Source of the DNA: a virus
Taxonomy: Duplodnaviria; Caudoviricetes
Length of the DNA: 27,170 nt
Virus record (IMG/VR): IMGVR_UViG_3300020160_000023
Location: 1-27,170 of that record
Direction: 5' to 3' (one strand)
Numbering within the stretch: position 1 is the stretch's first letter; the number at the start of each line of letters is the position of its first letter. A program made the position numbers and the translations under genes. Below, one piece after another: positions 24,021 through 27,170 of this stretch. The notes under the pieces are model-generated. The model did not search any database and had not been told where the DNA came from. It saw only the letters and a list, made by a program, of their open reading frames with translations.

Positions 24021-24541
24021 AACCAACTCCATCTTTGTTTATTTTTTATTTTTATAATATATGGATATGAAATACCATATTTTTTTGATACTTCTTTAGG
24101 TGGAATTAAATTACATTCTTCTCTAATTTTTAATATTAATTCTCTTGAATATTTATTTTGCCCATCTCTTTCGCCTCTATTTGATGTCCCATGCAATATT
24201 TTATCCATTTCATTTGAAGATTTAGTATCTAATCGTAAATTATCTAATCTACAATCAGTTTTTATTCCATTGTTATGGCACACATCTAGCAAACTATTAG
24301 TTCTTCCTAAAAAAGTATTAGCCATTAAAATATGAATATCATAACTTTTTGCTAATTCTTTTGTAGTTAATCTAATTATTGGGTATCCTCTTTTTGAGTG
24401 CATTTGAGTTTTTAATATTTTTCCTTGAGTTGCACCTTTTGATTTAAAAATACGCATTACTTCGCCATTTTTTGATATAGCGTAGTATTTTTCAAATCCT
24501 TTAATTGGATAAAAGCCATCTGGTATAACGAATTCTTTCAT
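24017..24541 (-). mobile_element. NUMOD4-HNH homing endonuclease
   Basis: NUMOD4 PIKGFE.YYAIS.NG.V, then H.L.A..F, HNH core CHNNG.K.D.R.DNLR and a C-terminal HTH-like segment. Strongly AT-rich. Confidence 0.85.
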
Positions 24542-24837
24542 TTGCCTTCCTTTAGTAATTTCTTAACAGTTTCTACAGCGTTCTCAGGACTTGTGACTAC
24601 ATCTACCTGACCTTGCCAGTTGTAGTGCCAAATAACCTGATCTGGTGTCAGCTTCCATGCCTTGTTACCGTCTTTGACTTCGAGCAGGAAATTGTATTTA
24701 ACATTAAATCTAGTTACTCCTACCAATAAGTCAGGACAGCCTTTGCCTACTGCGTGTAGATGTGTAACAGTCCAACCCTCAGCTCGTAATGCCTTAACGA
24801 CTTGCGCTTGATTATCATCCACACGTTTATAAGTCAT
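24538..24837 (-). CDS. PD-(D/E)XK / VRR-NUC-like nuclease (resolvase-like)
   Basis: RVD.NQ..VV.ALR, GKG.PDLLVG, LLEVKD and LT.DQ..W. Confidence 0.75.
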   Translation of the reverse strand: MTYKRVDDNQAQVVKALRAEGWTVTHLHAVGKGCPDLLVGVTRFNVKYNFLLEVKDGNKAWKLTPDQVIWHYNWQGQVDVVTSPENAVETVKKLLKEGK

Positions 24838-25055
24838 TCCTGCCCCCTTGCTCGGATAACCGCAGCAAAATAATCGCCCCTATACCTATCAGAATCAATA
24901 CACACCTTCGCACACGCTTCACGCTCTGCTGCTGCAACTAAATTAGCAAATTCAATGAATTTATCTGCCTTTAATTCTTTTAATTCTGGATGACTCCAAA
25001 TACCATCAAATAATTGACACTCATCAGCCATTCGTATTACGTCTGCTTTATTCAC
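24834..25055 (-). CDS. Hypothetical protein
   Basis: 73 aa with FA.LVAAAEREACAKVC...A..IRARG, a motif recurrent in proteobacterial phages. GGAG RBS. Confidence 0.7.
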   Translation of the reverse strand: MNKADVIRMADECQLFDGIWSHPELKELKADKFIEFANLVAAAEREACAKVCIDSDRYRGDYFAAVIRARGQE

Positions 25056-25266
25056 GCCAATCTCCTTTTAAGCCTTTATTGCCACGCTCCCACTGCTCTC
25101 TACAGTCCTTCTCTAGCTTATCTGCTGCGTTATTACCTCGCATCTTGCGAACTAACTGTAGGTATTCTGATGACTTGTTTCTGTCTAATGCTCTCCATCG
25201 TAATACAACTAAAACTTCACAGCGATGTCTGTATTCTTCGCTATCTGTATCAATTAACTCATTCAT
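25048..25266 (-). CDS. Hypothetical protein
   Basis: 72 aa with SEEYRHRCEV and QW..GN.G..GDW. Coupled to the methyltransferase stop codon. Confidence 0.7.
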   Translation of the reverse strand: MNELIDTDSEEYRHRCEVLVVLRWRALDRNKSSEYLQLVRKMRGNNAADKLEKDCREQWERGNKGLKGDWRE

Positions 25267-26165
25267 ATCAATTCTAAAGATTGTTGTTTTAATCGTTCAC
25301 GTTGCAATATCTCATATTCTGTATTTAATTCACATCCTAAATATTTTCTTCCTAAGTTTTGCGCTACTTGAGCTGTTGTGCCACTACCCATAAAAGGATC
25401 GAGAACAATACCTCCAACAGGCGCACCAGCCATTATGCAAGGCTCAATTAAATCTGGCGGGAATACTGCGAAATGCGCTCCAGAATAAGGCTTAGTTGTT
25501 ACTGTCCATACACTGCGTTTGTTTCTTGTATCTCCAGTTTTTCCTGACATTGAGTTAGCTTCAGTTCCTCTCCTAGAGTCTCCTCTCGCACCCCTATCAT
25601 CTCCTGCGTAGATAGCTGGCTCTTGCATTGCGCTTATATCGTAATAATACTTTTGTTTTTTGCTTAATAAAAATATGTACTCATGTGATTTAGTACATCT
25701 ATCTTGCACAGACTCAGGCATTGGATTAGGTTTATGCCAAATAATATCTTGCCGTAAATACCATCCATCATTTCTTAAAGCAAATGCAAGCATAAACGGT
25801 ATGCCTATTAAGTCTTTAGATTTGTAGCCTTCTATCTTTTGTGTTTTGCTAACAGATTGACCATTTCTTCCATTAGGATTTTTAGGATCAACAAAATCTC
25901 CCTTGCTCCCTGTCCCACAATAGCTATCACCAATGTTTACCCATAATGTACCGTCATCTTCTAATACATCCCATACACATCTAAATACTTCTACCATAGC
26001 TTCAATGTAAGCGGCAGGAGTTTCTTCTAATCCTATTTGTCCATCATGCCCATAATCACGCAATCCATAATAAGGTGGGCTAGTAACGCAAGTCTGTGCT
26101 TTGATACCTTGAGATGCCCATTTCTTCATTATTTCTCGGCAGTCACCGAATTCAATTTTATCCAC
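25263..26165 (-). CDS. Beta-class N4-cytosine/N6-adenine DNA methyltransferase (orphan)
   Basis: Motif IV TSPPY precedes motif I DPFMGSGTT; also WHKPNPMPESV.DR and HFA.FP. Start re-called to GTG at 26165 (AAGGA RBS, 300 aa). Confidence 0.92.
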   Translation of the reverse strand: MDKIEFGDCREIMKKWASQGIKAQTCVTSPPYYGLRDYGHDGQIGLEETPAAYIEAMVEVFRCVWDVLEDDGTLWVNIGDSYCGTGSKGDFVDPKNPNGRNGQSVSKTQKIEGYKSKDLIGIPFMLAFALRNDGWYLRQDIIWHKPNPMPESVQDRCTKSHEYIFLLSKKQKYYYDISAMQEPAIYAGDDRGARGDSRRGTEANSMSGKTGDTRNKRSVWTVTTKPYSGAHFAVFPPDLIEPCIMAGAPVGGIVLDPFMGSGTTAQVAQNLGRKYLGCELNTEYEILQRERLKQQSLELI

Positions 26166-27165
26166 GAAACTTTCCTTTGTTATCAAAGTCCATAGTCGCA
26201 CCACCGAAAGTATCAATAAACTGCTGACTACCTGAATGGTAATAAAGTCCGTATGATTCCTGAGCTTCACCATTTCTTTGTTTCTCGCACATCAGGTAAG
26301 CGTCAGGTAAATCTTCCTCGTACTTGTCTCCGTTACGCCTACGATTCTCTTTCTGCTTGTTGCGCCACATTAAGAATACGTTATCAACCTGATCCGTTAT
26401 TGCTCCAGTACCTTTGATGTCGTTCTTGTTAGGCTGCACTTCCTCAGACTGTAACTTGCGGATATGGTGGATCAAATGAACGTGTACGTTATGGTCTCTT
26501 GCTAATGCGGTTAGCTCATCTACAAAGTATTTCTGCTCGTTGAAATTATCCTCAGCATTACAGACCTTCATTAACGAGTCAATAAAAATATGCTCAACTC
26601 CTAACTCAACAGCGCAGTATCTAGCCATCGCTATCGTTTGATTAGGCGTAGTGGAACCTTGCTGATCGTAGATGTACAGATGCTCTCCTGCGAACTGGTT
26701 AAATCGCTTAGTTAATCCCTTGATGTACTTTTCTTTATCGTTAGTTAACGGATCGTCAATAAACTCACCAGCAAACTGTCTAAGCATCCTGTGGATAGTG
26801 CTAGTAGGTTTCATCTCAAATGATGCAACTACACACTTGCGCTTCTGTTTAATCAAGTGCAACGCTATCTGACCAGTTATTAGAGACTTACCGCCACCGT
26901 TACCACCAGCGTATAAAGTCACCTCACCTAACCTGAAAGCAAAGTCACCATGCGTCTTAGTAAACGGCATAGTCGCATTATCGTTAATAGGTGGATTAAT
27001 GTAGTTCTCAGTAATCTCATCTAGCCAATCTGAAACTATGCGAACCTTCTGACCTACATCGTTATTCTTCAGATACTTTTCTACGTCAATATCCTGTGAC
27101 TTAACTAATCGTGCTTTACGCTCATCGTCTAGTTGTACTGCTACTAATTCTAAGTTTGTAGTCAT
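26158..27165 (-). CDS. SF4 (DnaB/T7 gp4-like) replicative helicase without a primase domain
   Basis: Walker A GGNGGGKS, SFEM, Walker B IFIDSL, HLIHHIRK, DIKGTGAI and arginine finger KQRNG. Confidence 0.9.
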   Translation of the reverse strand: MTTNLELVAVQLDDERKARLVKSQDIDVEKYLKNNDVGQKVRIVSDWLDEITENYINPPINDNATMPFTKTHGDFAFRLGEVTLYAGGNGGGKSLITGQIALHLIKQKRKCVVASFEMKPTSTIHRMLRQFAGEFIDDPLTNDKEKYIKGLTKRFNQFAGEHLYIYDQQGSTTPNQTIAMARYCAVELGVEHIFIDSLMKVCNAEDNFNEQKYFVDELTALARDHNVHVHLIHHIRKLQSEEVQPNKNDIKGTGAITDQVDNVFLMWRNKQKENRRRNGDKYEEDLPDAYLMCEKQRNGEAQESYGLYYHSGSQQFIDTFGGATMDFDNKGKFRG

Positions 27166-27170
27166 CTTAT

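Noticed and set aside
9508-26273. Longer N-termini in the ORF track (starts at 10947, 13878, 22386, 24032, 26273)
   Set aside because: They overlap upstream genes. Downstream starts coincide with ATGA coupling, an RBS or the domain boundary.
1546-26872. Short plus-strand ORFs and alternate-frame minus ORFs in the track (e.g. 5192..5410, 12572..12865, 14752..15078, 18774..19088, 23504..23746)
   Set aside because: They are shadows of well-supported genes and show no recognisable motifs. Only the acidic plus-strand ORF has expression signals and fills a gap.
1-27170. tRNA, rRNA, CRISPR array, integrase/att site, lysis genes, stop-codon recoding
   Set aside because: None were seen. Intergenic gaps are all under about 100 nt, and genes read intact in the standard code using all three stop codons. 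Lifestyle and host cannot be determined from this window.

Overview
A 27.2-kb fragment of a tailed dsDNA phage (Caudoviricetes) with P22-like podovirus gene order, encoded almost entirely on the minus strand and densely coupled by ATGA/TAATG overlaps. In transcription order (right to left) it carries an SF4 helicase, a beta-class amino-DNA methyltransferase, small hypothetical genes, a VRR-NUC-like nuclease and a NUMOD4-HNH endonuclease. Next come one opposite-strand, extremely acidic mini-gene with its own promoter, a DUF1364/YbcO-like Zn protein and four tiny Lys-rich genes, three of them missing from the ORF track. These are followed by two GT2 glycosyltransferases, an ART-PolyVal-like protein, terS, terL, portal, scaffold, major capsid, a third GT-A glycosyltransferase, and adaptor/fibre/hub/needle genes. 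The left end has four ejection-like genes, a GIY-YIG/NUMOD3 endonuclease and a series of fibre plus small-partner genes running off the window edge. The most interesting signals are: three glycosyltransferases inside the morphogenesis region (possible virion glycosylation); the acidic candidate DNA mimic; a GLL/ALLG motif shared by the ejection proteins and the ART-like protein (possible packaging tag for an injected effector); and a modular fibre system with an exact 9 x 20-aa repeat protein and a duplicated C-terminal module. All family assignments come from recognising motifs by eye, not from database searches.
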